Positions 1-8,935 are shown, counted from the stretch's first letter. The stretch: DNA of 24,000 bases from Tissierella sp. Yu-01 (GCF_029537395.1 NZ_CP120677.1:2108566-2132565), one strand, 5' to 3'. Made by a program: numbers and translations. The notes: a model not told the origin generated them from the letters alone.

Positions 1-312
1 ACCTTTTTCAATCAATGTAGCTTTTAATTCATCTCTTAATTTCAAGCCTTCTTTAATAGATGCAAAGAATCTATCTTTATCAAAGTTTGCATTTGTAATT
101 GTCATAAATAAACCGTCTATTATAAATCTATCTAAACCAGGCATATTATATCCGATTTCATCAGCTTTAACGCCTAGAACAGAAATACCTTTTAATGTAT
201 AAATCATTAAGTCTTGTAAATTTGCTACTTCGCTTGTCTTACCACATACTCCAACTTTTGTACAACCTTTACCGCCAGCTGTTTCCTGGCATTGATAACA
301 AAACATACTCAT
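1..312 (-). CDS. hcp: Hybrid-cluster protein / hydroxylamine reductase, N-terminal 104 codons (gene runs off the window start)
   Basis: Hand translation of the minus strand from ATG at 312: [69 protein letters not shown]... The N-terminal Cys cluster [15 protein letters not shown] is the recognisable Hcp (prismane) signature. RBS AAGAGGAGGA is the complement of 321-330. It is absent from the ORF track. Confidence 0.85.
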   Translation of the reverse strand, partial: MSMFCYQCQETAGGKGCTKVGVCGKTSEVANLQDLMIYTLKGISVLGVKADEIGYNMPGLDRFIIDGLFMTITNANFDKDRFFASIKEGLKLRDELKATLIEKG

Positions 313-377
313 TTAGTAAATCCTCCTCTTATTCGTTTAATTATAGTCTTATTATATAGTCTTACTTGACATATGTC

Positions 378-393
378 GGTAACATGTGTTACC
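378..393. promoter_or_regulatory. Perfect 16-bp palindrome GGTAAC-ATGT-GTTACC, candidate CRP/FNR-family (HcpR-type) operator upstream of hcp
   Basis: Seen directly. On the minus strand exactly 21 nt separate the palindrome from a TATAAT hexamer (...GTTACC gacatatgtcaagtaagacta TATAAT). That geometry fits a class-II (about -41.5) activator site. A second copy of the same palindrome lies at 6083-6098. Confidence 0.55.
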
Positions 394-627
394 TTTTGAA
401 ATCAATTTAATGACTGATAATAAAATAACAATTATTATATCTTTTTAAACTTCCTTTAACTAGGTTGTTTAATATTAATTTATAGTAAATCCCTTATTTT
501 TAGTACTTTTGCAAAATTCACACTTTCCATAATAATGAATTTACTGTCGAATTATGTATAATTATGTATACTTTAAATTATCATAGTGATATAATTTTAA
601 CTAGAAATATATACACAGGGGGAAATC

Positions 628-2625
628 ATGACAATAAAAAAGAAGTTACTATTATCATCAAGTTTGCTAATCTTATTAGCATTTACTATTATTTTTATAT
701 TTGTTTTAACACAATTTATACAAAGTAATGAAAGGGAAGAATTTAAGTATCTAGATACTTTATCAACTTCCATAATGATGGATTTACAGACGCAGATGGA
801 CAATACTCTAATATCAGTTAAAAGTATGGCAAATAATCCTGACATACAAAGACTTTTTTATGAGCGTAATCGTGAAGGTCTTTCGGATTTATTACTACCT
901 GTATATGAAACAATTAAATCCGAGGTAGCACAATTTCAATTTCACTTACCTGACTCAACATCATTTCTTAGGCTTCATAGTCCAGCTAAATTTGGAGATT
1001 CCTTAAAGGACTTTAGAATCACTGTTAACACAGCTAACGAACAATTAGTTGATGCTATAGGTATTGAAGAGGGTGTTGCAGGATATGGTTTAAGAGTAGT
1101 TGTACCTATGTTTTATCAAGACCAGCACATCGGCTCAGTAGAGTATGGAAATGATTTTGGCACAAATTATGTGAATAATATTAAAGAAAAATTCGGACTT
1201 GAGAATTTTCTATATAGATATCCTTCAGACAATGTAGATGGTAATTCACTTTTAGCTTCAACAATGGAAAATGATGAATACCTGATAAGTGATGAAAATT
1301 ATAATAAGATCCAATTGGGTGAACCAATATTTGAAGTTACCAGGGATCCGAACATTGGTATACTACTGATACCAAATGCTGACTTTCAAGGCGAAATTAC
1401 TTCATATACAAAATTAATTATTGATCGTTCAGAAGTTGTAGCGAGCGCTAAAAACATGAGTACAAATCTATTTGTAATTTTCTTTATTTCACTAATTCTA
1501 ATGGTATTATTATTAAGTACTCTCTTGAATTTTAATGTTTTCAAGCCTATAGCCGCTGTTACTGCTATTATTAATAAACAATCCAATTTAGATTTTACAT
1601 TTGATGAAAAATCTGAGATGTCAAAATATATAAAGCGTGCAGATGAAATTGGTATAATGTCCACAGCTTTATATAAAATGAAAAACAGCGTTAGAGAATT
1701 TATTATTAAAACCTCTGATACCTCAGAGTTAGTTGCAGCTTCAGCAGAAGAGCTTAATGCAACTTCTCAACAATCTGCCATTGCATCAAATGAAGTTGCC
1801 AAAGCAATCGAAGAGATTGCAAATGGTGCAAGTGAACAAGCTAGAGATGCAGAAGTTTCCTTTTCTAATGTAGAAGATATGGAAACATTACTTGAAAAGA
1901 ATAGACAGTTTCTTGATGAACTAAATAATGCAACAGATAACATTAATAATCAAAAAGAAGCAGGATTTCAAATCCTTAAAGAATTAATACAAAAGACAAA
2001 TCAAAACAATGAAGCGTCTCAAATAGTTTATGAAACTATAGTTAAGAATAATGAAAGTGCTGAAAAAATTGAAGCTGCGAGTGAAATGATTAATAGTATT
2101 TCTGATCAAACCAATCTTTTAGCTCTAAATGCAGCCATAGAAGCTGCTAGAGCCGGTGAATCTGGTAAAGGATTCGCTGTAGTAGCAGAAGAAATAAGAA
2201 AGCTTGCAGAACAGTCGAATAGCTTTACTAATGATATAAAAGTAGTAATAGAAGAGCTTAAATCCAATTCTCAAAATTTATTCGGCAAAGTACAAGAAGT
2301 AGCGTCTATAGTGGATTCTCAAACAGAAAGCGTAAAAGAAACAGAGACAAAATTTATTTTGATAGCTGAAGCAATAGATTTAGTAAGATCAGTTATAGAG
2401 AAGCTTAATGACTCGGAAAAATTAATAAGTGAAAATAAAACTACTCTGTTGAATAATATACAGAATTCAACCTTAATCTCAGAAGAAAACGCAGCAGGAA
2501 CACAAGAAGCTTCAGCTTCCGTAGAAGAATTATCAGCAAATATTGTAGAGATATCTAATTCTAGTGAAGGATTAGCTAGTATAGCAGAAGATTTGCAAAT
2601 ACTGATACAGCAATTTAAGATTTAA
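628..2625 (+). CDS. Methyl-accepting chemotaxis protein (N-terminal TM, extracytoplasmic Cache-like sensor, second TM, HAMP, MCP signalling domain)
   Basis: 665-aa ORF. Two hydrophobic segments (about res 7-29 and 289-311) flank a roughly 250-aa sensor region. The C-terminus carries the conserved MCP hairpin motif [49 protein letters not shown] lies upstream. An extended -10 TGaTATAAT sits at 587-595. Confidence 0.92.
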   Translation: MTIKKKLLLSSSLLILLAFTIIFIFVLTQFIQSNEREEFKYLDTLSTSIMMDLQTQMDNTLISVKSMANNPDIQRLFYERNREGLSDLLLPVYETIKSEVAQFQFHLPDSTSFLRLHSPAKFGDSLKDFRITVNTANEQLVDAIGIEEGVAGYGLRVVVPMFYQDQHIGSVEYGNDFGTNYVNNIKEKFGLENFLYRYPSDNVDGNSLLASTMENDEYLISDENYNKIQLGEPIFEVTRDPNIGILLIPNADFQGEITSYTKLIIDRSEVVASAKNMSTNLFVIFFISLILMVLLLSTLLNFNVFKPIAAVTAIINKQSNLDFTFDEKSEMSKYIKRADEIGIMSTALYKMKNSVREFIIKTSDTSELVAASAEELNATSQQSAIASNEVAKAIEEIANGASEQARDAEVSFSNVEDMETLLEKNRQFLDELNNATDNINNQKEAGFQILKELIQKTNQNNEASQIVYETIVKNNESAEKIEAASEMINSISDQTNLLALNAAIEAARAGESGKGFAVVAEEIRKLAEQSNSFTNDIKVVIEELKSNSQNLFGKVQEVASIVDSQTESVKETETKFILIAEAIDLVRSVIEKLNDSEKLISENKTTLLNNIQNSTLISEENAAGTQEASASVEELSANIVEISNSSEGLASIAEDLQILIQQFKI

Positions 2626-2633
2626 TTAAATTA

Positions 2634-2656
2634 GCCCCCAACCTTTGGTTGGGGGC
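2634..2656. terminator. GC-rich hairpin terminator between convergent genes
   Basis: GCCCCCAACC-ttt-GGTTGGGGGC is a perfect 10-bp stem, followed by GTTTATT on the plus strand. It lies 8 nt after the MCP stop and 5 nt beyond the stop of the convergent minus-strand gene. Confidence 0.8.
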
Positions 2657-2661
2657 GTTTA

Positions 2662-2904
2662 TTAATAATCTATTCCTGCTGCCTTGATTCTTTCTGGATA
2701 GTTAACTGAACAAGGTGTTACTCCATATACCATATTGCAATGTGGACATTTTGTCTCTAAATGAGTCATTTCAAACTCCTCATCACATTCAATACATTTT
2801 ACCTTAACTCCTGGCGGCATAGGTCTAGTATTAAATCCCATCATTCTTATTTTATCTACTACTTGTTTTCCATCTCCAAAACTTCCTGTACAACCATCAT
2901 GCAT
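2662..2904 (-). CDS. Small zinc-ribbon protein (80 aa), unknown function
   Basis: The ORF track gives 2662..2937. I prefer the internal ATG at 2904 (MHDGCTGSF...) because AAGGAGGA sits 7 nt upstream of it. Two CxxC pairs (CIEC ... CPHC) suggest a zinc ribbon. Confidence 0.55.
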   Translation of the reverse strand: MHDGCTGSFGDGKQVVDKIRMMGFNTRPMPPGVKVKCIECDEEFEMTHLETKCPHCNMVYGVTPCSVNYPERIKAAGIDY

Positions 2905-2959
2905 TTTTATATTCCTCCTTATAATTTTAAAATTCACAGTTCACAATTAGTGAAGTCTA

Positions 2960-3040
2960 CCTGCAAGGTCATAAACTCGAGATTCCTCGACTACGCTCGG
3001 AATGACAGAAAGCTGTCATCCTGAGACGGACAGTATAATC
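2960..3040. repeat. REP-like structured intergenic element containing the cgctcggaatgac / gtcatcctgag motif
   Basis: Seen: ...gattcctcgactacgctcggAATGACAGaaagCTGTCATcctgagacgg... forms a 7-9 bp hairpin with no U-tract. This sequence type (translating as ..LDYARNDRK..) is familiar to me as a small dispersed repeat in many bacterial genomes. Only one copy is present in this window. Confidence 0.3.
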
Positions 3041-3062
3041 AATGCTTACAAAGGATCTAGGG

Positions 3063-4070
3063 TTAGTTATTCACTGATTTAAGTTGCTTTCCTGCTCTCA
3101 AGTCACTTCTCATACCTTGAATAATTGAATCCATCTTTTCTAATTCAGTTAATATGGATTTCTCTTCTTTACTTGTTTCAATTATCTTAGATATTCCACC
3201 ATTTTTAATTACAATTCTCTTATCTGCAATTAATGCTAATGTTGGGTCATGAGTAGCCATTAGAACTATCTTATCCTTGCTGACTAATAGGTCTAAAGCT
3301 TTCTTTCTATCTATACCTGCGTTTTCTATTTCATCTATAAGTACTATAGGTGATGAACTTAAAATGGCAGTATCTGCAATCATCAATGCTCTTGACTGAC
3401 CACCACTTAATGCAGTTACAGGTGTATCTAGATCAAACTTCTCACCAGCTAAATTATTGGCTGCTTCTATTATTTTCTGTGTAGTTTCTTCTACATCTTC
3501 AACTAATCTACTTTGAGCATGTAGTTCTAAGAACTCCTTTACAGTTAAATCCATTACAAAGTTCATATTTTGTGATAATTGTGCTACAAGCTTATTATTA
3601 GATGAGAATCTCCATTTCATATCTGGAACTTCTCCATTAATTAGTATAGTTCTACCAGTTGGTGTATCATTTTGAGCTGTCCATTCTATATCTGCTAGGA
3701 GCCTACTCTTACCTGAACCTGTAGGACCTACAATGGATATAATCTCAGATTTATTAATGATAAATTCCTTAAACCCCTCAGAATTCTTTGATTTATCATG
3801 GCCTGGTAGAATTGTTAAGGATTCAATCCCTACTTCATCCTTTATACCTAAAAATTCTTTCATTTGATTTATAAAAGCTTCAAGATCATCTTTTAATCTA
3901 TCTTTATCAATAGCCCAATCTTCAATATCTTCCTCAGAAAAATGATTTAGATACTCATCGAAAGTTTTTTCCTCGAAACCTCTTACATCAAGCTTATTAT
4001 CTTCAAAGTACGTCTCAACAAAAGGATATTTATTAATTAATTCATTAATAGTTAGATTATTCATAGTCAT
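3063..4070 (-). CDS. ABC-type ATPase (single nucleotide-binding domain) with an N-terminal extension of about 100 aa; no cognate permease nearby
   Basis: Walker A GPTGSGKS, signature LSGGQ, Walker B LIDEIE and H-loop ATHD are all present. The start is ambiguous (GTG 4073, ATG 4070, ATG 4064) and overlaps the stop of the upstream gene, implying translational coupling. Confidence 0.85.
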   Translation of the reverse strand: MTMNNLTINELINKYPFVETYFEDNKLDVRGFEEKTFDEYLNHFSEEDIEDWAIDKDRLKDDLEAFINQMKEFLGIKDEVGIESLTILPGHDKSKNSEGFKEFIINKSEIISIVGPTGSGKSRLLADIEWTAQNDTPTGRTILINGEVPDMKWRFSSNNKLVAQLSQNMNFVMDLTVKEFLELHAQSRLVEDVEETTQKIIEAANNLAGEKFDLDTPVTALSGGQSRALMIADTAILSSSPIVLIDEIENAGIDRKKALDLLVSKDKIVLMATHDPTLALIADKRIVIKNGGISKIIETSKEEKSILTELEKMDSIIQGMRSDLRAGKQLKSVNN

Positions 4071-4758
4071 CACCTAAATCCATCTTTCTTACATTACCCA
4101 TTTGGAAAGCTTCACCTATTCTCGTTTCACCAAGACAGTAAGAACACATTGCAGCAGGCATTGGGAATCTTAACTCCATACCTTGAACTGAATCAATGTC
4201 CTTCTCCTTATCAATTAGTAATGTACTTAGCTCAAATGCTCCTTGTCCAGTTAAACCATTAATATGGATTGTCATGGCTCTAGGATTTACAGAGCTTACC
4301 TTAGAAGCAAACACTTCTCTTTCAGCCTGGGAAACTATATCCCCTTTAGTAATGACTACAATATCAGCTGATTTTAACATCGGACCAATTTTCTTAGGTG
4401 TATTTATACCTGATAAATTATCTATAACACATACACCCTTGATTTCCTTAATATAAGGTGAACATCTATTACAAAGACCCGCCGATTCGGTTATTAACAA
4501 ATCTAAACCTAATTTTAAACCCCATTGTACAACTTCTTCAATATTAGATGCGAAGAAATGATCTGGACATAGGGCTCCTGATAAACCTTTCTTTACTGGT
4601 ATACCTGCCTTCTCATATAAAATATCATCATCTGTATAAAGGCAATCAAATTTTACTACACCTACTGAAATATTTCTTTGTTTTAGTGCATCTATTGTTT
4701 TTAATATAATTGAGGTCTTTCCTGATGAAGGAGGACCTGAAAATACTACTAAATTCAT
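4057..4758 (-). CDS. G3E-family (HypB/UreG/CobW-like) P-loop GTPase, putative metallochaperone
   Basis: 233-aa ORF with P-loop GPPSSGKT, an ESAGL switch-like motif followed by CNRCSP, and a TKGD (NKxD-type) specificity motif. Additional Cys pairs are present (CPDH, and a C-terminal CSYC). RBS AGGAGGAAAG lies upstream. Confidence 0.75.
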   Translation of the reverse strand: MNLVVFSGPPSSGKTSIILKTIDALKQRNISVGVVKFDCLYTDDDILYEKAGIPVKKGLSGALCPDHFFASNIEEVVQWGLKLGLDLLITESAGLCNRCSPYIKEIKGVCVIDNLSGINTPKKIGPMLKSADIVVITKGDIVSQAEREVFASKVSSVNPRAMTIHINGLTGQGAFELSTLLIDKEKDIDSVQGMELRFPMPAAMCSYCLGETRIGEAFQMGNVRKMDLGDDYE

Positions 4759-4770
4759 TTGTCTTTCCTC

Positions 4771-6009
4771 CTAAATAGCATCATGAAATAACTTTTCACT
4801 TTTTCTAATTAAACTTCCAATATCATTGTTATTTATATAATCCCAGCCAAGCCACATGAATTTTTGATCTTTCTCCAATCCATTATCAACCTCTGGATGT
4901 GTTGATGGGAAATGTCCATTTGATGAAAGTATCTCTCCAACTTCCTTAGAGAAAAAGAAATCAACAAATCTTTTTGTCCTTTCTTTACTAGATTTCTTAG
5001 AAAGAAGAAATATAGGGCTAATAATTGCTCCATCCTCTGGCCAAACAGTCTTTAGGGGGCTGTTACCTCTTGCCATCTTTGTAAAGAAATATGGCATAAT
5101 AGTTATGGCCGGTATCCCTGAGTTAGTTCTCTTAGTAGGTGACTTAACCATTTCAGCTGGATGCATACTTCTTAGAAGATTTCTACCTAAGCTTGTTATT
5201 CCGTCTTCACCATATCTTTGATGAAGGTGCAATAACAGTGCATTAAATAAATCTAAATCTCTCATTGGAAGTGATATAGAAGACTCAAATTCTGGTTTTA
5301 ATAAATCTTCCCAAGACTTAGGCATTTCTCTACCATTAAGCTCATCTACATTAACCATAAATACCGCTGGAACAACACCAATTATAGAGTATTGCTTTAA
5401 TGGGTCCTTCAAATCTATATAGTCATTATCGAAATCCTTATTTAATTTTTCTAGACCTGTAATATCTTCAAATACTCCTAATTCCTTGTATTTGCCCATT
5501 AACTCCTTATCAAAGAACAAGTCAAAACCTGCAGACATAAATAAATCTGATAAATCATCTGGATTACCAGTCTTTATTCTATCAACAATCCAGTCTAGAC
5601 CTAGATTAGCTGATTTTAATTCATAGTTTACAGTAAATCCAAAGCTATCCTTATTCTGATCCATCCAAGCATTGAATCCTTCTAATAAAGGTATCCTTAT
5701 GGGACATGGTAGTACTCCGTCTATTCTTATATCTCCGTCAATCTCCTGTTTTGATGCTGCCAATGCTTCATCTACTGAAACTCTATTTTGTTCTATTGAT
5801 TCAACTAATTTTTGTTCAAATAGTTCAAGGTTAACTTTCTTAGTTTTACATGCCATTTCAAGTGATATAGTCTTACCCATAAGCTTTCTCATCTTCTCAT
5901 TAGCAAGTTGTTCAAAACCGTTAGCTACAAATATACCCAATGTTTCTGGATATTTCTCTGTTATGTCAAATACTTTATCCTTTATATCAAAATATTTGTT
6001 CATGCCCAT
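4771..6009 (-). CDS. Fusion protein: N-terminal DUF1858 (hybrid-cluster-protein-associated domain) plus a periplasmic-binding-protein-like (ABC substrate-binding fold) domain, with no signal peptide
   Basis: Residues about 5-75 (FDIKDKVFDITEKYPETLGIFVANGFEQLANEKMRKLMGKTISLEMACKTKKVNLELF) look like DUF1858/ScdA_N. The remainder resembles class-II solute-binding proteins. There is no hydrophobic leader or lipobox. An alternative start is ATG 6003. Confidence 0.7.
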   Translation of the reverse strand: MGMNKYFDIKDKVFDITEKYPETLGIFVANGFEQLANEKMRKLMGKTISLEMACKTKKVNLELFEQKLVESIEQNRVSVDEALAASKQEIDGDIRIDGVLPCPIRIPLLEGFNAWMDQNKDSFGFTVNYELKSANLGLDWIVDRIKTGNPDDLSDLFMSAGFDLFFDKELMGKYKELGVFEDITGLEKLNKDFDNDYIDLKDPLKQYSIIGVVPAVFMVNVDELNGREMPKSWEDLLKPEFESSISLPMRDLDLFNALLLHLHQRYGEDGITSLGRNLLRSMHPAEMVKSPTKRTNSGIPAITIMPYFFTKMARGNSPLKTVWPEDGAIISPIFLLSKKSSKERTKRFVDFFFSKEVGEILSSNGHFPSTHPEVDNGLEKDQKFMWLGWDYINNNDIGSLIRKSEKLFHDAI

Positions 6010-6082
6010 CCTCCAATTTCTCCTTTTAAAATAATCCCGACTTATTTACTATATTATAATACAATAAAAGAAAAAAATAGTC

Positions 6083-6098
6083 GGTAACCAATGTTACC
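6083..6098. promoter_or_regulatory. Second perfect palindrome GGTAAC-CAAT-GTTACC, candidate HcpR-type operator for the 6009..3063 operon
   Basis: The half-sites and the 5' flank (gTCGGTAAC) match those at 378-393. On the minus strand it lies 21-24 nt upstream of TGTATTATAAT (-10) and about 80 nt upstream of the start codon. Confidence 0.55.
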
Positions 6099-6200
6099 AA
6101 CCAAAAAAATTGCCTCAATTTAAATAAGTATATCAAAAGACATAATAATGTGGACTTATGTAGATACTTTGTATATACTATATATGAGAGGTGATAAATT

Positions 6201-6440
6201 ATGTTTACTACAATTCAAAAGTGGGGTAATAGTCAAGCCGTTAGAATACCTAAGGCTATTCTAGAAATGGCTAATCTAAGGGAAAATGACAATGTAGAAT
6301 TAAGAGTTCATGAAGGCAATCTACTAATTATTCCTGTTAAAAAACATAAATCCCTAGAGCAACGAATTGCCGAATATGAAGGAGAATACCATTGTAGCGA
6401 ATGGGAAACTAGTGATCCTATAGGAAAAGAGGTACTATAA
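6201..6440 (+). CDS. mazE: MazE/PemI-type antitoxin (AbrB/SpoVT swapped-hairpin fold)
   Basis: The sequence MFTTIQKWGNSQAVRIPKAILEMANL... carries the classic KWGNS.A.RIP antitoxin motif. RBS GAGAGGTGA lies upstream. The stop overlaps the toxin start (TAATG). Confidence 0.9.
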   Translation: MFTTIQKWGNSQAVRIPKAILEMANLRENDNVELRVHEGNLLIIPVKKHKSLEQRIAEYEGEYHCSEWETSDPIGKEVL

Positions 6441-6772
6441 TGACATATATTCCAGAACAAGGAGATATTATATTTATAGAATTTAATCCTCAGGTCGGGC
6501 ATGAGCAAAAAGGTAAAAGACCGGCCTTAGTTGTAAGTAATTACACATTTAACAAATTCACTAAATTGGCAATGCTATGCCCAATTACCAATACGGATAG
6601 AAGCTTTCCTTTGCATGTTAAACTAGATGAAAGAACGAAAACTACAGGAGTCATCATGTGTGAACAGGTAAAATCCCTAGATTACAATGCCAGAGCAATA
6701 TCCTTTTATGAAAGATCACCAGAAGATATAGTAGCAGAAGTTAAAGATGTTTTACTTGGATTCATTGAATAA
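6440..6772 (+). CDS. mazF: MazF/PemK-type endoribonuclease toxin
   Basis: 110 aa: YIPEQGDIIFIEFNPQVGHEQKGKRPALVVS...CPIT...DQVKSLDY-like motifs align by eye with E. coli MazF/ChpB. Confidence 0.9.
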   Translation: MTYIPEQGDIIFIEFNPQVGHEQKGKRPALVVSNYTFNKFTKLAMLCPITNTDRSFPLHVKLDERTKTTGVIMCEQVKSLDYNARAISFYERSPEDIVAEVKDVLLGFIE

Positions 6773-6839
6773 TCATAGTTCCTAGAATTCGTTGCTTATG
6801 GAAATATTGGGGTATAATAAATTCCAAAGGAGTGATTTT

Positions 6840-7226
6840 ATGGAGATAACCTATGAAAAGTCAACGACTAAACTATTTGATGAAGCTATAGAAAGTATCA
6901 AGAAAGAACTTCAGGAAAGAAAATTTGGTGTACTTTGGGAATTAAACTTCAAAGAAAAACTTGCAGAGCATGGAATAGAATTTAAAAATAATTTTAAGAT
7001 TTTGGAAGTTTGTAATCCTCAAAAGGCTAATGAAGTTTTATCAAAACATATTGAGGTTGGATATCTTCTTCCATGTAAAATGGTAGTATATGAAAATGAA
7101 GGAAAAGTATTTATAGGAACTGCAAAACCTGAAAAGCTAATGGGAATGATGGGATATGCTGATCTAAGCAATATAGCTTCTGAAGTTGAGTGGATTTTAA
7201 TTGAAGCTATTGACGCAGCAGTATAA
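6840..7226 (+). CDS. DUF302 domain protein
   Basis: The ORF track starts at TTG 6792. ATG 6840 is preferred because AAGGAG lies 8 nt upstream. Size (128 aa) and motifs (FGVLWELNF...ILEVCNPQKA...LLPCKMVVYE) fit DUF302. Confidence 0.7.
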   Translation: MEITYEKSTTKLFDEAIESIKKELQERKFGVLWELNFKEKLAEHGIEFKNNFKILEVCNPQKANEVLSKHIEVGYLLPCKMVVYENEGKVFIGTAKPEKLMGMMGYADLSNIASEVEWILIEAIDAAV

Positions 7227-7260
7227 CAATAAAAACCGAGGAAACTCGGTTTTTATTGTT
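7225..7260. terminator. Bidirectional terminator
   Basis: AACAATAAAAACCGAG-gaaa-CTCGGTTTTTATTGTT is a perfect 16-bp palindrome with an A/T run on both sides, sitting between convergent genes. Confidence 0.85.
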
Positions 7261-7276
7261 ATATCTCTGAATTTAA

Positions 7277-8563
7277 TTAATTACCTAATTGATTATAGAA
7301 TTCTACAAAGCCATGCTCTAAATCTATAACCACAACATATTTCCATTGGCTATCTCCATAGGTTTCATGCTTATCTTCTTCATAAAGACTTGGGTATAAA
7401 TCAGGAGTTTTAATTAAATTAATATTCTCATCAACATATCTTTTTATAAAATCATTAGCCAATTTTAAAGCCTCATCTTGGGTTAATTTGTTTGTTTCTA
7501 AGTCATAACTATAATTCTTTAAATGGTATTGAATAAGTTTCTGATCATTATTAAATAATGCTTCCAACTTGATAAGAACCTCATCCTCATCTTTTACATT
7601 TCGTAAGTAAAATAAATTATAATCAGGATTTGGTTTTCTTAAGGTATAAATTTCATTACGGTTAAAAACATTCTCTGGTACATAATTGTCCAAAATATTA
7701 TTTAATATCCCAATTTCAGTTTTATAACTTTCCTTATCAATTAATATATTATCATCAAGTTTCTTAAAAGAAGCTAATACTCGTTGCCCTTCATTCCAAA
7801 TCTTAGTGTACGAATCCTTAGTCTCAGGGTAATACTGGAAGTCTAAATCAAATATAGCTTCTAAATAATTGCCACTCTCATAGTAGAGAATAAAATTAGT
7901 ATCATAAGGTATTGTAGCAATTACTGGATATTCACTATATCTGACTTCAAATACTGGCCCAAAACTGTTAAATCCATCTTCTATAAATTTCTCAGCGGAT
8001 TTCTTGTCATAAACGTACAAATTTCCGTCCTTTGTTTCAATTATGGCTTCTCCCTTCCATGAGTTAGGCATATTTAATGTATATCCATATTCATCATTTG
8101 TATAAATAAATGTGTTATCTGTTATGGCTTCGTCTTTATATTTTCCAACCATAGCTATTTGATTCTTCTGGTCCCATATAACCTCTTCACCAAGTCCTTC
8201 AGATATAAATCTCAATGGTACAAATGTCCTTCCATCCTTTATAAAGGTTTTTACATCCAATACTACCTCTTTCCCATCAACTTCTGCCTTATTTAAGGCA
8301 ATTGTAATAGCTATATTTATATCATCTTTAAGAATATTTATTGTCTTAGTTTCATCTAGGTACTCTACCTGAAAACCTAATTCTTCAGAGATGTATCTAA
8401 TTGGTACAGATACAACACCACTATCAAAAACAGGATCTACATCCATATAAAGAAACTTACCATTTACGCATATCTTAACTGAACTACTTTCTGCCATGGT
8501 CGGTGTGGTTATAAACATTATTAATATCATTAGAAGTATCATAAACTTACTTTGTTTTTTCAT
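7277..8563 (-). CDS. Secreted protein with a copper-amine-oxidase N-terminal (stalk) domain and an uncharacterised C-terminal region
   Basis: Signal peptide MKKQSKFMILLMILIMFITTPTMA. Two half-repeats (..VSVPIRYISEELGFQVEY.. and ..GRTFVPLRFISEGLGEEVIW..) are typical of the Cu_amine_oxidN1 domain common in Clostridia. Confidence 0.75.
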   Translation of the reverse strand: MKKQSKFMILLMILIMFITTPTMAESSSVKICVNGKFLYMDVDPVFDSGVVSVPIRYISEELGFQVEYLDETKTINILKDDINIAITIALNKAEVDGKEVVLDVKTFIKDGRTFVPLRFISEGLGEEVIWDQKNQIAMVGKYKDEAITDNTFIYTNDEYGYTLNMPNSWKGEAIIETKDGNLYVYDKKSAEKFIEDGFNSFGPVFEVRYSEYPVIATIPYDTNFILYYESGNYLEAIFDLDFQYYPETKDSYTKIWNEGQRVLASFKKLDDNILIDKESYKTEIGILNNILDNYVPENVFNRNEIYTLRKPNPDYNLFYLRNVKDEDEVLIKLEALFNNDQKLIQYHLKNYSYDLETNKLTQDEALKLANDFIKRYVDENINLIKTPDLYPSLYEEDKHETYGDSQWKYVVVIDLEHGFVEFYNQLGN

Positions 8564-8678
8564 ATAAATCCTCCTTTCTTTAAATACCTATTTCAATCAT
8601 ACCATAACCAATGTAATAACAATCCATTTTTGCAAATTGTAATATTATTGTAACTACTGGTCCATGTACACAAAATAA

Positions 8679-8710
8679 AGGGTAAATAGCAATACACTAC
8701 TATTTACCCT
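8679..8710 (-). terminator. Hairpin terminator downstream of the 60-aa membrane-protein gene
   Basis: AGGGTAAATAG-(10 nt)-CTATTTACCCT. On the minus strand it is followed by TTTATTTTG. Confidence 0.6.
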
Positions 8711-8726
8711 GTTATCTAACTATATT

Positions 8727-8909
8727 TTATTTTACTCTCTTAAGCATTCCTCTATATACCAATATTATAAATATATATACTATTATAACTATTAAAAGAG
8801 TTATCAATCTTTCACTCGTTACTCCATCAGCTAATAATATAGGTCCTATTCCAAAGAAGGTGACTAACCCAAGTAGGGAAATAAAAATTATATGAATTAC
8901 AGTCCTCAT
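8727..8909 (-). CDS. Small two-TM membrane protein (60 aa)
   Basis: A strong RBS GAGGAGGG lies 8 nt upstream. The protein has two hydrophobic helices and a basic C-terminus. Confidence 0.6.
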   Translation of the reverse strand: MRTVIHIIFISLLGLVTFFGIGPILLADGVTSERLITLLIVIIVYIFIILVYRGMLKRVK

Positions 8910-8935
8910 TTTATTTAACCCTCCTCAATTAAGAC

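Noticed and set aside
551-570. Tandem 10-bp duplication attatgtata-attatgtata near the -35 region of the MCP promoter
   Set aside because: It could be a regulator site, but a single short AT-rich duplication in an AT-rich intergenic region is weak evidence, and no second occurrence was seen.
2761-3024. 87-aa plus-strand ORF
   Set aside because: It is antisense to the zinc-ribbon gene and runs into the REP-like element (..LDYARNDRK..), which is typical of a spurious repeat-derived ORF.
597-6508. Other short antisense or overlapping track ORFs (597..845, 1386..1664, 4196..4456, 4833..5033, 5672..6034, 6308..6508)
   Set aside because: Each is embedded in, or antisense to, a longer ORF with recognisable domains, and none has a convincing RBS.
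6792-6839. TTG start proposed by the ORF track for the DUF302 gene
   Set aside because: The internal ATG at 6840 has a proper AAGGAG RBS at correct spacing and yields the typical DUF302 length of about 128 aa.
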